Shown here piece by piece: positions 25,821 through 35,939 of a stretch of DNA of 37,113 nt. Positions within the stretch are counted from its first letter, which is position 1. Every line of letters begins with the position of its first letter. The stretch lies in the sequence record SRR22947725_1442. The stretch is one strand, 5' to 3'. Made by a program: the position numbers and the translations under genes. The notes below the pieces were generated by a model. It was not told the DNA's origin. It saw nothing but the letters and a program-made list of their open reading frames with translations, and ran no database searches.

Positions 25821-28097
25821 GTGGCTAAAGAAACAAAGAAATCAATCGAAAAACAAGCTGCATTGGATTATCATGAATTTCCTCGCGCAGGAAAATTAGA
25901 GATAAGAGCTACAAAACCTATGGCGAATGGACGCGACTTAAGTCGTGCATATTCCCCGGGTGTAGCTGAGGCTTGTTTAGAAATTGAAAAAAATCCAGAT
26001 GATGCAAGACGTTATACATCACGAGGTAACTTGGTTGCTGTTATATCAAATGGAACAGCTGTTTTAGGTTTGGGTGATATTGGTGCTTTAGCTTCAAAAC
26101 CTGTTATGGAAGGTAAAGCTGTTTTATTCAAGAAATTCGCAGGTATTGATTGTTTTGATATTGAAGTAAATGAGCCAGATCCTAAAAAATTAGCAGAAAT
26201 TGTTTGTAGTTTAGAGCCAACATTTGGTGCTGTTAATCTTGAAGATATAAAAGCTCCTGATTGTTTTATTGTGGAGAAAATTTGCCGTGAAAAAATGGGT
26301 ATTCCTGTTTTTCATGATGATCAACATGGTACAGCAATAGTTGCAGCAGCGGCGGCATCGAATGCATTAATAGTAGCAAAAAAATCTTTTTCAGATATTA
26401 AAATTGTCGCCTTAGGTGCAGGTGCAGCAGGTATTGCCTGTTTGAAAATGATGATGGTTATGGGCGCTAAAAAAGAAAACATAACAATGATAGATAGTAA
26501 GGGGGTCGTTCATACTCAAAGAAATGACTTAACTGCTGAAAAATCAGAATTTGCCCGCAATACGACCAAACGTACTACTATGGAAGCAATGGAAGGTGCT
26601 GATCTGTTTTTAGGTGTTTCGGGCCCTGGGCTCTTAACGCAAGAAATGGTTAAGAAAATGGCATCTCACCCAATTATATTTGCATTAGCAAACCCAACCC
26701 CTGAAATAATGCCAGAGGAAGCCAGAGAAGCATCGGCTGATGCTTTGATTGCAACTGGAAGATCAGATTATCCAAATCAAGTTAACAATGTATTATGTTT
26801 TCCATTTATCTTTCGTGGAGCTCTAGATGTGGGTGCAACCACAATAAATGATGAAATGAAAGCAGCCTGTGTTGAAGCTATCGCAGGTCTTGCACGTGAA
26901 ACTGCAAGTGCTGAATTAGGTGCTGCTTATCAGGGTGAGAGGTTAGCTTTTGGGCCAGATTACTTAATACCAAAACCTTTTGATCCTCGATTATTGCCTA
27001 CAATTGCTTATGCCGTAGCAAAAGCAGCTATTGATAGTGGCGTAGCTAAAAATAAATTAGACCTAGATGCATATCATGCAAAATTACAGACACAAGTTTA
27101 TAGATCCGCAGTGACAATGCGGCCAATTTTTGAAGCTGCTAAAACTGACAACAGACGAGTTGTTTTTGCTGAAGGTGAAGATGTAAAAGTACTTCGTACA
27201 GTGCAAGCAATGTCAGAAGAATTATCAGAAACTGCAGTCTTAATTGGACGTCCAAATGTAATTGAATCTCGAATTGAACGTGAAGGTTTGTCAATAAAAG
27301 CTGGAGTAGATTTTGAACTTGTAAACCCTGAAAAAGATACAAGATACCGTGATTATTGGCAATCTTATCATGATATAATGGCTCGAAAAAGTATTACTCC
27401 AGATTTAGCAAAAGCAATCATGAGAACAAATACAACTGCAATCGCAGCAGTAATGGTGCACCGTGGTGAAGCAGATAGTATGATTTGTGGAACCTTTGGA
27501 CAATATCATTGGCATTTGAAGTACATAAAGCAAGTTTTAGCTAACCAAGATTTAACTCCAGTGGGAGCATTATCATTAGTAATTTTAGATCAAGGTCCTT
27601 TATTTATTGCTGATACGCATGTGAATATTGAACCTTCTGCACAACAAATTGCGAATACAATGATTGCGGCAGCGCGTCATACAAGGCGTTTCGGTATCGA
27701 ACCTAAATTAGCATTATGTTCAAGCTCACAATTTGGAAATGCGGATACGCATTCTGGACGCGTTACTCGCGAAGCTCTAGCTATCCTAGATTCTCATAAA
27801 GTAGATTTTGAATATGAAGGTGAGATGCACACTGATGCAGCTTTAGATGAAGATCTTCGCGAAACTATGATGCCGAATAATCGATTAAAAGGAAAAGCAA
27901 ATATTTTAGTTTACGCTAATTCAGATGCTGCAGGTGCAACGCGTAACGTTTTAAAGTCTGTTGCAGGGGGTCTAGAGGTTGGGCCAATTCTAATGGGTAT
28001 GGGAAATCGTGCGCACATAGTTACTCCAGGTGTTACAGTTCGTGGTTTGCTAAATATAGCGGCATTAGCAGGCTCGCCAGTATCAAGCTACGAGTAA
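25821..28097 (+). CDS. maeB: NADP-dependent malic enzyme with C-terminal phosphotransacetylase-like domain
   Basis: AYSPGVA, KPVMEGKAVLFK, NLEDIKAP, FHDDQHGTA, GAGAAG, ATGRSDYPNQVNNVL, then PTA domain (VFAEGE, VGPILMG). Confidence 0.95.
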   Translation: MAKETKKSIEKQAALDYHEFPRAGKLEIRATKPMANGRDLSRAYSPGVAEACLEIEKNPDDARRYTSRGNLVAVISNGTAVLGLGDIGALASKPVMEGKAVLFKKFAGIDCFDIEVNEPDPKKLAEIVCSLEPTFGAVNLEDIKAPDCFIVEKICREKMGIPVFHDDQHGTAIVAAAAASNALIVAKKSFSDIKIVALGAGAAGIACLKMMMVMGAKKENITMIDSKGVVHTQRNDLTAEKSEFARNTTKRTTMEAMEGADLFLGVSGPGLLTQEMVKKMASHPIIFALANPTPEIMPEEAREASADALIATGRSDYPNQVNNVLCFPFIFRGALDVGATTINDEMKAACVEAIAGLARETASAELGAAYQGERLAFGPDYLIPKPFDPRLLPTIAYAVAKAAIDSGVAKNKLDLDAYHAKLQTQVYRSAVTMRPIFEAAKTDNRRVVFAEGEDVKVLRTVQAMSEELSETAVLIGRPNVIESRIEREGLSIKAGVDFELVNPEKDTRYRDYWQSYHDIMARKSITPDLAKAIMRTNTTAIAAVMVHRGEADSMICGTFGQYHWHLKYIKQVLANQDLTPVGALSLVILDQGPLFIADTHVNIEPSAQQIANTMIAAARHTRRFGIEPKLALCSSSQFGNADTHSGRVTREALAILDSHKVDFEYEGEMHTDAALDEDLRETMMPNNRLKGKANILVYANSDAAGATRNVLKSVAGGLEVGPILMGMGNRAHIVTPGVTVRGLLNIAALAGSPVSSYE

Positions 28098-28103
28098 GTA
28101 CCT

Positions 28104-28586
28104 TTAAATAATAGTCCAAGCTTTTTTGAACCAATGCTCTTCTAAGTTTGGACCTTCTCCAATTCTATCAATTGCAGCAAATAGGCCAGGAGAATAAAGT
28201 GGGCATAATACTCCATGCCAAGTATTTTTGGATATATTAATACCTTGTCCTGGTTTTGAAATAAATGAAATAGGTGTATCGGGCACACCATTTTTATCAT
28301 GAGCGACTATTATTAAAAATGAATTTTGATGCATCGGTATAAAAGCCTGGGTGCCCTCTGGATGACGCTCCATCATTTCCAAGTTAAAGGGTAAGCTGCG
28401 TGCTTTAGCATTAAATACGCTGACACCCACCTTCCCAGAAAGAAAATCTAACTTTGCTAAATCATGGTGTCTTCCGCACATGCCTTGATTAATAATTTTA
28501 TCTGGTTCACCTGATGCATCTATAATTTCGCCAAATGGTTTGAAAGCATCTGCTGTTAATGGTTGTGTGGAAACTTCATAAATCAT
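28104..28586 (-). CDS. allA: Ureidoglycolate lyase
   Basis: PLTADAFKPFG, MMERHPEGTQAFIP, GQGIN..TWH..L, DR.G.G.NLEE. Start moved to ATG 28586, overlapping the puuE TGA. Confidence 0.9.
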   Translation of the reverse strand: MIYEVSTQPLTADAFKPFGEIIDASGEPDKIINQGMCGRHHDLAKLDFLSGKVGVSVFNAKARSLPFNLEMMERHPEGTQAFIPMHQNSFLIIVAHDKNGVPDTPISFISKPGQGINISKNTWHGVLCPLYSPGLFAAIDRIGEGPNLEEHWFKKAWTII

Positions 28587-29992
28587 GGCAAAAGATCCAT
28601 TAAGCGAAATTCTGCGATTCTCTCGACTTGTTTGCAAGCTTCTGAAAACTCAGTATCACCATCATTATTAATACGTTCTTCAAATGCACTTAAAATACTC
28701 GCTTTGTTATGATCCCTAACTGCAATAATAAATGGAAAGCCATGCTTTTTGACATATGCTAAATTTAATTGTGTAAATTTTTCTCTTTCATGATCGGTTA
28801 AACTATCCATTCCTGCAGATGCTTGTTCTGATGTGCTTTCTGCTGTTAATCGTTTAGCTTGAGCTAATTTGCCTGCTAAATCTGGATGTGCTTTCAAAAC
28901 ACTTAACTGTTGCTCTTTAGGGGCTGACCTAAAAGCTCGACATAAAGCATTGTGCAATCCAATAGCTGTATCATGAGAATGGCTTAATTCAAGATCGTAG
29001 GCATTATTTGCTACCCAAGAAGAATGTTCAAATATTCCACCATATTCATTGATAAATTTCTCTCGATTCATATTACTTGGCCTTTCAAATCGATTGTGTG
29101 GATGATTTTTTTTCCAATGATCTGCTATTTGCTCTCGTGTCGCCATCCAAACACTATCATGTTCATTTACAAATTCTAAAAACTTTTTAATTGCTTCAAA
29201 TCTGCCAGGGCGACCAACCAAACGACAATGTAATCCAATTGACATCATTTTTGGTGAGCCATTAGCACCTTCCTGATATAGTGTTTTAAAACTATCTTTT
29301 AAATATTCTAGGAATTGTGTTCCAGAATTAAAACCCTGTGGTGTCGCGAATCTCATGTCGTTTGCGTCTAAAGTATAGGGAACTATCAATTGATCATTAT
29401 CGGAAAATTCTGTCCAATACGGTAAATCATCAGCATAGCTGTCAGCTATATATGAAAAAATACCAGTACTAGCAGCTAACTTAATTGTATTTTCGGAAGA
29501 TCTCCCAGTATACCAACCTTTTGGGGCGCTGCCTGTCACTTCGGTGTGAAGACGAATGGCTTCGTTCATATCAGCTTTTTCGTCTTTTTCTTCAAAGTCT
29601 TTATAATCAATCCATTTTAATCCATGACTGGCTATTTCCCAGTTTGCAGATTTCATTGCATGAACATGATTAGGTGATCTAGCTAATGCAGTTGCGACGC
29701 CATAAACTGTTACAGGTAATTCTTTAAATATATCATATAAGCGCCAAAAGCCTACTCTAGAACCATATTCATAAATTGATTCCATATTTGCGTGACGTTG
29801 ATTTGGCCAAGCGCTGGCTCCAACTATTTCAGATAAAAATGCTTCAGACGCATTGTCGCCATGGAGAATATTGTTTTCACCACCTTCTTCAAAATTGATA
29901 ACAATTTGTAATGCAATCTTTGCATTATTCGGCCATTGGGCTTTTGGAGTATTTTTACCATAGCCATACATATCTCGTGGATAGCGTTTCAT
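28583..29992 (-). CDS. puuE: Allantoinase PuuE fused to C-terminal OHCU decarboxylase (UraD)
   Basis: N-terminal part: RYPRDM.GYG, NFEEGGE, ESIYEYGSRVGFWRL, SHGLKW, PYTLDAND, IGLHCRLVGRPGR. C-terminal part: FEHSSWVA, AHPDLAG, SEQASAG, GFPFIIAVR, IA.FRL. Confidence 0.93.
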   Translation of the reverse strand: MKRYPRDMYGYGKNTPKAQWPNNAKIALQIVINFEEGGENNILHGDNASEAFLSEIVGASAWPNQRHANMESIYEYGSRVGFWRLYDIFKELPVTVYGVATALARSPNHVHAMKSANWEIASHGLKWIDYKDFEEKDEKADMNEAIRLHTEVTGSAPKGWYTGRSSENTIKLAASTGIFSYIADSYADDLPYWTEFSDNDQLIVPYTLDANDMRFATPQGFNSGTQFLEYLKDSFKTLYQEGANGSPKMMSIGLHCRLVGRPGRFEAIKKFLEFVNEHDSVWMATREQIADHWKKNHPHNRFERPSNMNREKFINEYGGIFEHSSWVANNAYDLELSHSHDTAIGLHNALCRAFRSAPKEQQLSVLKAHPDLAGKLAQAKRLTAESTSEQASAGMDSLTDHEREKFTQLNLAYVKKHGFPFIIAVRDHNKASILSAFEERINNDGDTEFSEACKQVERIAEFRLMDLLP

Positions 29993-30046
29993 CCTTAAAG
30001 ATCTCCTGTTTTATTGTTATTATAAACTATCTATTATGGTTTTATA

Positions 30047-30061
30047 TCAAATAATATTTGA
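30047..30061. promoter_or_regulatory. Palindrome TCAAATA-A-TATTTGA, candidate LysR recognition site for puuE/uraH
   Basis: Perfect 15-bp dyad in the divergent puuE/uraH intergenic region, next to a LysR gene. Confidence 0.5.
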
Positions 30062-30136
30062 AGGAGTATTACTGAATTAGCTCTTTAATAATGTAAAAAT
30101 CTTATTAAAAATAGAATGAATTAGGAGGAATATTTA

Positions 30137-30490
30137 ATGGCTGGATATCTGACAACTCATGTTTTGGACACTGCTCGAGGTTGCCCTGCCGCGGGCCTGA
30201 GAATTGAACTTTATAAGATAGTTAGTAATAGTAGAAAATTTCTATCTGAGGCGCTCACGAACGATGATGGTAGAACTAACGAACAAATTTTAAATTCAGC
30301 TGAGTTTGAAATTGGAGAGTATGAGTTACTTTTTCACTGTGGTGACTACATTTCGCGTCACAGTCAAGTATCAGAGGGCGTTCAATTTCTCAATATTGTG
30401 CCCATCCGATTTGGAATGTCAGAAAATCTTCACTATCACGTGCCATTATTATTGTCACCATATGGGTATTCAACTTGCCGAGGAAGTTGA
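30137..30490 (+). CDS. uraH: 5-hydroxyisourate hydrolase (transthyretin-like)
   Basis: LTTHVLDTARG.PA, TNDDGR, HYHVPLLLSPYGYST. C-terminus is CRGS rather than YRGS. AGGAGG SD. Confidence 0.92.
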   Translation: MAGYLTTHVLDTARGCPAAGLRIELYKIVSNSRKFLSEALTNDDGRTNEQILNSAEFEIGEYELLFHCGDYISRHSQVSEGVQFLNIVPIRFGMSENLHYHVPLLLSPYGYSTCRGS

Positions 30491-31411
30491 TTGTTTCTTA
30501 TGAAATGGACCTGAGATTGCATCACTAATATGCTCTATCATAAACTCCATAAATAAACGTGCCTTTGGATCTTGATGACGCCTATGTGTGTATAAACAGG
30601 CCATTTGCACATGGGAGGGTCTTGTTTTTTCAGCTACAATTATGAGTTTGCCGCTTTTTAGATGATCATAAACTTCAAATACAGGCTTCATAGCAATACC
30701 GGCGCCAGCAAGAGCCCAGTCCGTTAATACATCTCCATCATCACTTTCTAATCTTCCCTTTACATCAAACTTTCTTAACCCATCAGGAGTATTTAATTCC
30801 CACTGGAATTCAGTCGATCCAGGAAATCGTAACATGAGGCAATTATGTTTGCCTCTTTGAAGTTCGAATCCATCTACTGGATGACCATTTTTTGCAATAT
30901 ATTCTGGACTAGCACATAAAACTCGAGGGCAATCAGCTATCTTGCGAATTCTAAGATTAGAATCAGTTGGGTGGCCTAGAAAAAAAGCAATATCTAGTCC
31001 TTCAGCTGTTAAATCAACTTTTCGATCACTCAAGCGTAACCTTAAGTCAACCAATGGATATTTACTCGTAAATGCAGGAGAATTTGGAGCTATTAAACTT
31101 CTACCAACACCAAGTGGCGCAGCAACATGTAAAACACCACGAGGGTTCTCTGTAACATCTCCAATGTCAGCTTCAGCCATTTGTACTGATTCTAGAATTA
31201 CTCTAGCGCCTCGATAAAATATCTGACCTTGTTCAGTTGGCGACAAACTTCTCGTTGTACGTTGAAATAAACGGACACCTAAGTGAGTTTCAAGTTGTGA
31301 AATTCGTGCTGATGCCACAGCAGGCGATATCCTTTGATCTCTTGCAGCAGCAGACATGCTACCTAATTCATAGATGCGTGTAAAAGTGCGTATGTTTTCG
31401 AAATATGACAT
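30470..31411 (-). CDS. LysR-family transcriptional regulator (purine/urate catabolism)
   Basis: HTH GSMSAAAR..LGVRLFQRTTRSL, substrate domain DLTAEGLD; divergent from puuD; 3' end overlaps uraH by 21 nt. Confidence 0.92.
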   Translation of the reverse strand: MSYFENIRTFTRIYELGSMSAAARDQRISPAVASARISQLETHLGVRLFQRTTRSLSPTEQGQIFYRGARVILESVQMAEADIGDVTENPRGVLHVAAPLGVGRSLIAPNSPAFTSKYPLVDLRLRLSDRKVDLTAEGLDIAFFLGHPTDSNLRIRKIADCPRVLCASPEYIAKNGHPVDGFELQRGKHNCLMLRFPGSTEFQWELNTPDGLRKFDVKGRLESDDGDVLTDWALAGAGIAMKPVFEVYDHLKSGKLIIVAEKTRPSHVQMACLYTHRRHQDPKARLFMEFMIEHISDAISGPFHKKQSTSSAS

Positions 31412-31505
31412 TGTTGTCTTTTTTTTGATACTGTTTTACCAATAACAAACCTAGCAAGAAAATAAAAGTGCATGTAAGAAAGAAAAAATTTAGAAAGATA
31501 TATTA

Positions 31506-32753
31506 ATGGATGATTTTATAATTATGTGGGAGTGGTTTGCATTTGCAGTTCGTTGGCTTCATGTCATTACTGCAATAGCATGGATAGGCTCTTCTTTTTA
31601 TTTTATTGCATTAGATCTGGGGCTGAAAAAATCCCCAAATTTACCAGCAGGTGCTTATGGTGAGGAGTGGCAAGTCCATGGTGGAGGATTTTATCATATT
31701 CAAAAGTATTCAGTGGCTCCAGAAAATATGCCTAATCATTTAACTTGGTTTAAATGGGAAAGCTACGCTACGTGGCTTTCTGGTGCTGCTATGTTAATGA
31801 TTGTTTACTGGCTTGGAGCGGAATTGTATTTAATTGACCCTGCAAAAGCTGATTTATCAGTTTTTCAAGCAATTATCATTTCTGCAGGATCTTTATTAGT
31901 GGGTTGGGTTGTATATGATTTTTTATGTAAATCTGCTTTGGGAAATAATCCTACAGGATTAATGCTTTTATTGTTTGTTGTTCTGGTTGTAATGTCTTGG
32001 GGTTATAATCAAATATTTACTGGTCGTGCTGCTATGCTTCATCTGGGAGCATTTACTGCAACTATAATGTCAGCAAATGTTTTTCTAATAATAATGCCAA
32101 ATCAAAGAATTGTTGTTAAAGATTTAAAGGAAGGCCGTACCCCTGATCCAAAATATGGAAAAATAGCAAAATTACGGAGTACACATAATAATTATTTAAC
32201 CTTACCAGTTCTATTTTTGATGTTGTCCAATCATTATCCATTAGCATTTGCTACTGAATACACATGGATTATTGCATCATTGGTTTTTTTAACTGGCGTT
32301 ACAATTCGGCATTATTTTAATACATTGCATGCTACTGGATCAGGCCCAACTTGGACTTGGATGGCAACTTTAGTATTATTTTTAATTATCGCGGCACTTT
32401 CAACAGCATCTTCATGGAATGGAGATTATGATGATTTAGAAAACCAACCGCTAACAAAAAAGCAAGAGAGCCTAATGTTAGCAAAAGGTTTTGATGATAT
32501 CTCGGATATTATTATCAGTAGATGTTCCATGTGTCATGCCCGAGAGCCTGTATGGGATGGTATGATAAATGCACCAAAGGGTGTTTTTCTTGAAACAGAT
32601 CATGACATTGTTCGAGGAGCAAAGGAAATCTATATTCAAGCTGGTGTGAGTCATGCAATGCCACCAGCAAATATAACTAATTTGGCAAATGAAGATCGAA
32701 TTAAGATAGTGAAATGGTTTCGAGCTGCAGTGCCTAATAAACTTTTAAATTAA
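31506..32753 (+). CDS. puuD: Membrane urate hydroxylase PuuD with C-terminal cytochrome c domain
   Basis: RWLHVI.AIAWIGSSFYF, WQVHGGGFY, WFKWESY, RSTHNNY.TLPV.F.MLSNHY; haem c motif CSMCH and distal AMPP. Confidence 0.92.
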   Translation: MDDFIIMWEWFAFAVRWLHVITAIAWIGSSFYFIALDLGLKKSPNLPAGAYGEEWQVHGGGFYHIQKYSVAPENMPNHLTWFKWESYATWLSGAAMLMIVYWLGAELYLIDPAKADLSVFQAIIISAGSLLVGWVVYDFLCKSALGNNPTGLMLLLFVVLVVMSWGYNQIFTGRAAMLHLGAFTATIMSANVFLIIMPNQRIVVKDLKEGRTPDPKYGKIAKLRSTHNNYLTLPVLFLMLSNHYPLAFATEYTWIIASLVFLTGVTIRHYFNTLHATGSGPTWTWMATLVLFLIIAALSTASSWNGDYDDLENQPLTKKQESLMLAKGFDDISDIIISRCSMCHAREPVWDGMINAPKGVFLETDHDIVRGAKEIYIQAGVSHAMPPANITNLANEDRIKIVKWFRAAVPNKLLN

Positions 32754-32760
32754 ATAAATT

Positions 32761-34422
32761 TTACCTCTGTTTTGTTTTCCACTTTGGATGAATCCAAGGC
32801 TTTGCATTTGACTTGGGTAGAGGCTGCTTTCCTAGAATATGATCTGATGCTTTTTCACCAGTCATTATTGATGGTCCATTTAGATTTCCATTGGTAATTC
32901 TTGGGAAAATAGAACTATCTGCTAGTCTTAAATTTTTTACACCTATAACTTTACATTCTGAATCGACAACAGACATTGGGTCATCAATAGATCCCATTTT
33001 GCATGTTCCACATGGATGATACGCACTTTCTACATTCTCAAGTAAAAATTCGTCTAGAGCAGCATCTGATTGTATATTTTGCCCGGGTTGGATTTCTTTC
33101 CCTGCATATTCTTTAAATGCGTCTTGACCGAAAATCTCTCGCGTAAGTTTAATACAATTTCTAAAATCAACCCAATCCTCTGATTTGCTCATGTAGTTAA
33201 ATATTATTTTTGGGGCATCATTTGGATCTTTTGAGTTTAAAGTTACTGAACCTCTAGAAGTGGATCTCATTGGCCCAACATGTGCTTGAAACCCATGCCC
33301 TTCAGCAGCTGCCTGCCCATCATATCTGACGGCAATTGGTAAAAAGTGATATTGTATATCAGGATACTCTACACCTGCTTTTGAACGTATAAATGCAGCG
33401 CTTTCAAATTGATTAGATGCGCCTAAACCAGATTTTGTTAATAGCCATTGAGCTCCAATGAGCGCTTTTGAGAAAATGTTCCAGTATCTATAAAGTGTAA
33501 TTGGTTTCAATGATGCAATTTGGAGGTAAATTTCTAAGTGGTCTTGTAAATTTTGCCCTACGCCAGGCCTATCAGCTATGACTTCAATTCCATGATTTTC
33601 TAGGTGCTCTGCTGGGCCAATTCCTGATAACATTAAAAGTTTTGGTGAATTAATTGATGAGGCCGAAATTATCACTTCGCGTGTTGCATTTATAACTTGA
33701 ACCTTGCCATTTATCTCTACTTCAACACCTATGGCGTGACCATCTTTTATGATTATTTTACGTGCAAAAGCACGAATAATTTTGCAATTCTTTCGTTTTA
33801 AAGCTGTACGCAGATATGCATTTGCAGCAGACCAGCGACGCCCTTTATAAACAGTTTGCTCCATTGGTCCAAAGCCTTCTTGCTTCTCACCATTGTAATC
33901 ATCAGTTGTTTCATAACCGGCTTGTTTTCCAGCTTTTACAAAAGCTTTAAACAGTGGGTTTTGTCTGGGGCCACGAGATATGTGTAGTGGACCTTTACGA
34001 CCACGCCAAGATTTATCTCCTCCATGCCCACCACTTCTCCAATTCTCCATTCTTTTAAAGTAAGGTAAAACATCTGCATAAGACCAACCTGAAGCACCAG
34101 ATTGTTCCCAATAGTCATAATCTTTTGCATGCCCTCTTACATATACCATTCCATTTATTGAAGATGATCCGCCTAGTACTTTCCCTCTTGGTGTAGCTAA
34201 TCTGCGATTTTTCAAATATGGCTCAGGTTCTGATTGGAACCCCCAGTCATATGTTTTCATATTCATTGGATATGATAATGCTGCAGGCATTTGTATTAAT
34301 GGACCCATATCTGAGCCACCATATTCGATTATAATCACAGAATTTTTTTCATCTTCTGAGAGCCTATAGGCCATAGCACAACCAGCAGAACCTGCTCCAA
34401 TAATTACAAAATTAGCTTCCAT
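32761..34422 (-). CDS. betA: Choline dehydrogenase (GMC oxidoreductase)
   Basis: [52 protein letters not shown]. Confidence 0.95.
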   Translation of the reverse strand: MEANFVIIGAGSAGCAMAYRLSEDEKNSVIIIEYGGSDMGPLIQMPAALSYPMNMKTYDWGFQSEPEPYLKNRRLATPRGKVLGGSSSINGMVYVRGHAKDYDYWEQSGASGWSYADVLPYFKRMENWRSGGHGGDKSWRGRKGPLHISRGPRQNPLFKAFVKAGKQAGYETTDDYNGEKQEGFGPMEQTVYKGRRWSAANAYLRTALKRKNCKIIRAFARKIIIKDGHAIGVEVEINGKVQVINATREVIISASSINSPKLLMLSGIGPAEHLENHGIEVIADRPGVGQNLQDHLEIYLQIASLKPITLYRYWNIFSKALIGAQWLLTKSGLGASNQFESAAFIRSKAGVEYPDIQYHFLPIAVRYDGQAAAEGHGFQAHVGPMRSTSRGSVTLNSKDPNDAPKIIFNYMSKSEDWVDFRNCIKLTREIFGQDAFKEYAGKEIQPGQNIQSDAALDEFLLENVESAYHPCGTCKMGSIDDPMSVVDSECKVIGVKNLRLADSSIFPRITNGNLNGPSIMTGEKASDHILGKQPLPKSNAKPWIHPKWKTKQR

Positions 34423-34433
34423 TAGTATTTTTC

Positions 34434-35891
34434 CTAATATGGTGAATCAACATTTCCCATTCGCACATAAACAGTTTTAAGCTGACTGAAATGTTCTATT
34501 GCTGCTTTAGAATTTTCACGGCCAACACCAGAACCTTTAATGCCTCCAAAAGGAACTTCAACGGGCGCATCATTGTATGAATTAATAAAGCATGTTCCTG
34601 CTTCTAATTGATCCACAACGCGATGGGCTCTTTTGATGTCATTAGTAAAAACTCCACCTGCTAAACCCAAATCTGTGTCGTTTGCTCTAGCAATTACTTC
34701 ATCTTCATTTTCAAAGTCAAATACAGACATTACAGGACCAAAGATTTCCTCCTTAGCTATTGTCATTTCATCTGTAACATCTGAAAAAACTGTTGGCTCA
34801 ATAAACCAACCACTACTTTCAATGATGTTTCCTCCAAAAGCTAGTGTTGCACCTTCTGCTTTCCCTTTTTCAATGAAACTCATAACTATATCTCTTTGTT
34901 TTTCAGAAACCATTGGTCCAAATTGTGTTTCTTCATCCATAGGATCACCAATTATAATCTTAGTGGCTCGTTCAATAAAACGTTTTAGAAAAACTTCTTT
35001 GATACTGCTTTGGACAAATACTCTAGTTCCATTCGAACAGACTTGGCCAGTTGAATACATATTGGCTAACATTGCTCCACTAACAGCATTTTCAATATCA
35101 GCGTCATCAAAAATTATTAGAGGAGATTTACCACCAAGCTCCATGGTTACATTTTTCATGCCTAACGCTGCCGAAGAATACACTTTTTTTCCAGTTTCTG
35201 CAGAACCGGTTAGTGAAACTTTATCTACTCGTGGATCAGAAACTAACTTAGCGCCAACGTCTCCATATCCTTGAATAACATTATATATACCTTTTGGGGC
35301 ACCTGCCTCAATTAAAATTTCTGCAATTTTTAATGCGCATAATGGTGTCATTTCGGATGGTTTAAATACCATTGAATTACCACAGGCTAATGCCGGTGCA
35401 CCTTTCCAACATGCAATTTGTGTAGGATAATTCCACGCACCAATTCCTACGCATAAGCCAATTGGAATTCTTTTTGTATATGCCCAATCTTCTCCAAGTG
35501 GTATGTGTTCTCCAGTAATGGATCCGGCTAGGCCGCCAAAGTATTCTAATGCATCTGCAGCTGAGGTAGCATCAACGTATAGTGTTTCTTGTAATGGCTT
35601 ACCTGTGTCATAAGTTTCCAGAACTGATAATTCACGATTGCGTTCACGAATAATATCAGAAGCTTTACGTAATATGCGCCCTCTTTCAGTCCCTGATAGT
35701 TTGGCCCAAGATTTTTGGGCATGTTTTGCTGATTCTAATGCCATTTCTATAATCTTAGGCGTTGCAGAATGTAATTTTGCAATTTTTTCACCAGTCGCTG
35801 GATAGATACATTCAATTATTTTTCCATCAGTGTCTTCTATGTACTCACCATCAATAAAGTGACTTGCTGTTGGTTGACATTTTAGTGCCAT
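34434..35891 (-). CDS. betB: Betaine aldehyde dehydrogenase
   Basis: [47 protein letters not shown]; lies between betC and betA. Confidence 0.95.
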   Translation of the reverse strand: MALKCQPTASHFIDGEYIEDTDGKIIECIYPATGEKIAKLHSATPKIIEMALESAKHAQKSWAKLSGTERGRILRKASDIIRERNRELSVLETYDTGKPLQETLYVDATSAADALEYFGGLAGSITGEHIPLGEDWAYTKRIPIGLCVGIGAWNYPTQIACWKGAPALACGNSMVFKPSEMTPLCALKIAEILIEAGAPKGIYNVIQGYGDVGAKLVSDPRVDKVSLTGSAETGKKVYSSAALGMKNVTMELGGKSPLIIFDDADIENAVSGAMLANMYSTGQVCSNGTRVFVQSSIKEVFLKRFIERATKIIIGDPMDEETQFGPMVSEKQRDIVMSFIEKGKAEGATLAFGGNIIESSGWFIEPTVFSDVTDEMTIAKEEIFGPVMSVFDFENEDEVIARANDTDLGLAGGVFTNDIKRAHRVVDQLEAGTCFINSYNDAPVEVPFGGIKGSGVGRENSKAAIEHFSQLKTVYVRMGNVDSPY

Positions 35892-35907
35892 AATTTTTTG
35901 TCTCCAG

Positions 35908-35935
35908 TTTATTATAAATCATGATTTTTAATAAA
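35908..35935. repeat. 28-bp palindrome in the betC-betB intergenic spacer
   Basis: TTTATTATAAATCATGATTTTTAATAAA, 13 of 14 pairs complementary. Confidence 0.6.
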
Positions 35936-35939
35936 TAAT

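Noticed and set aside
34633-35274. 213-aa plus-strand ORF antisense to betB, and similar shadows (7449..7874, 15356..15715, 23150..23554, 25057..25374, 30942..31217)
   Set aside because: Overlap conserved genes on the opposite strand for all or most of their length; composition typical of antisense frames.
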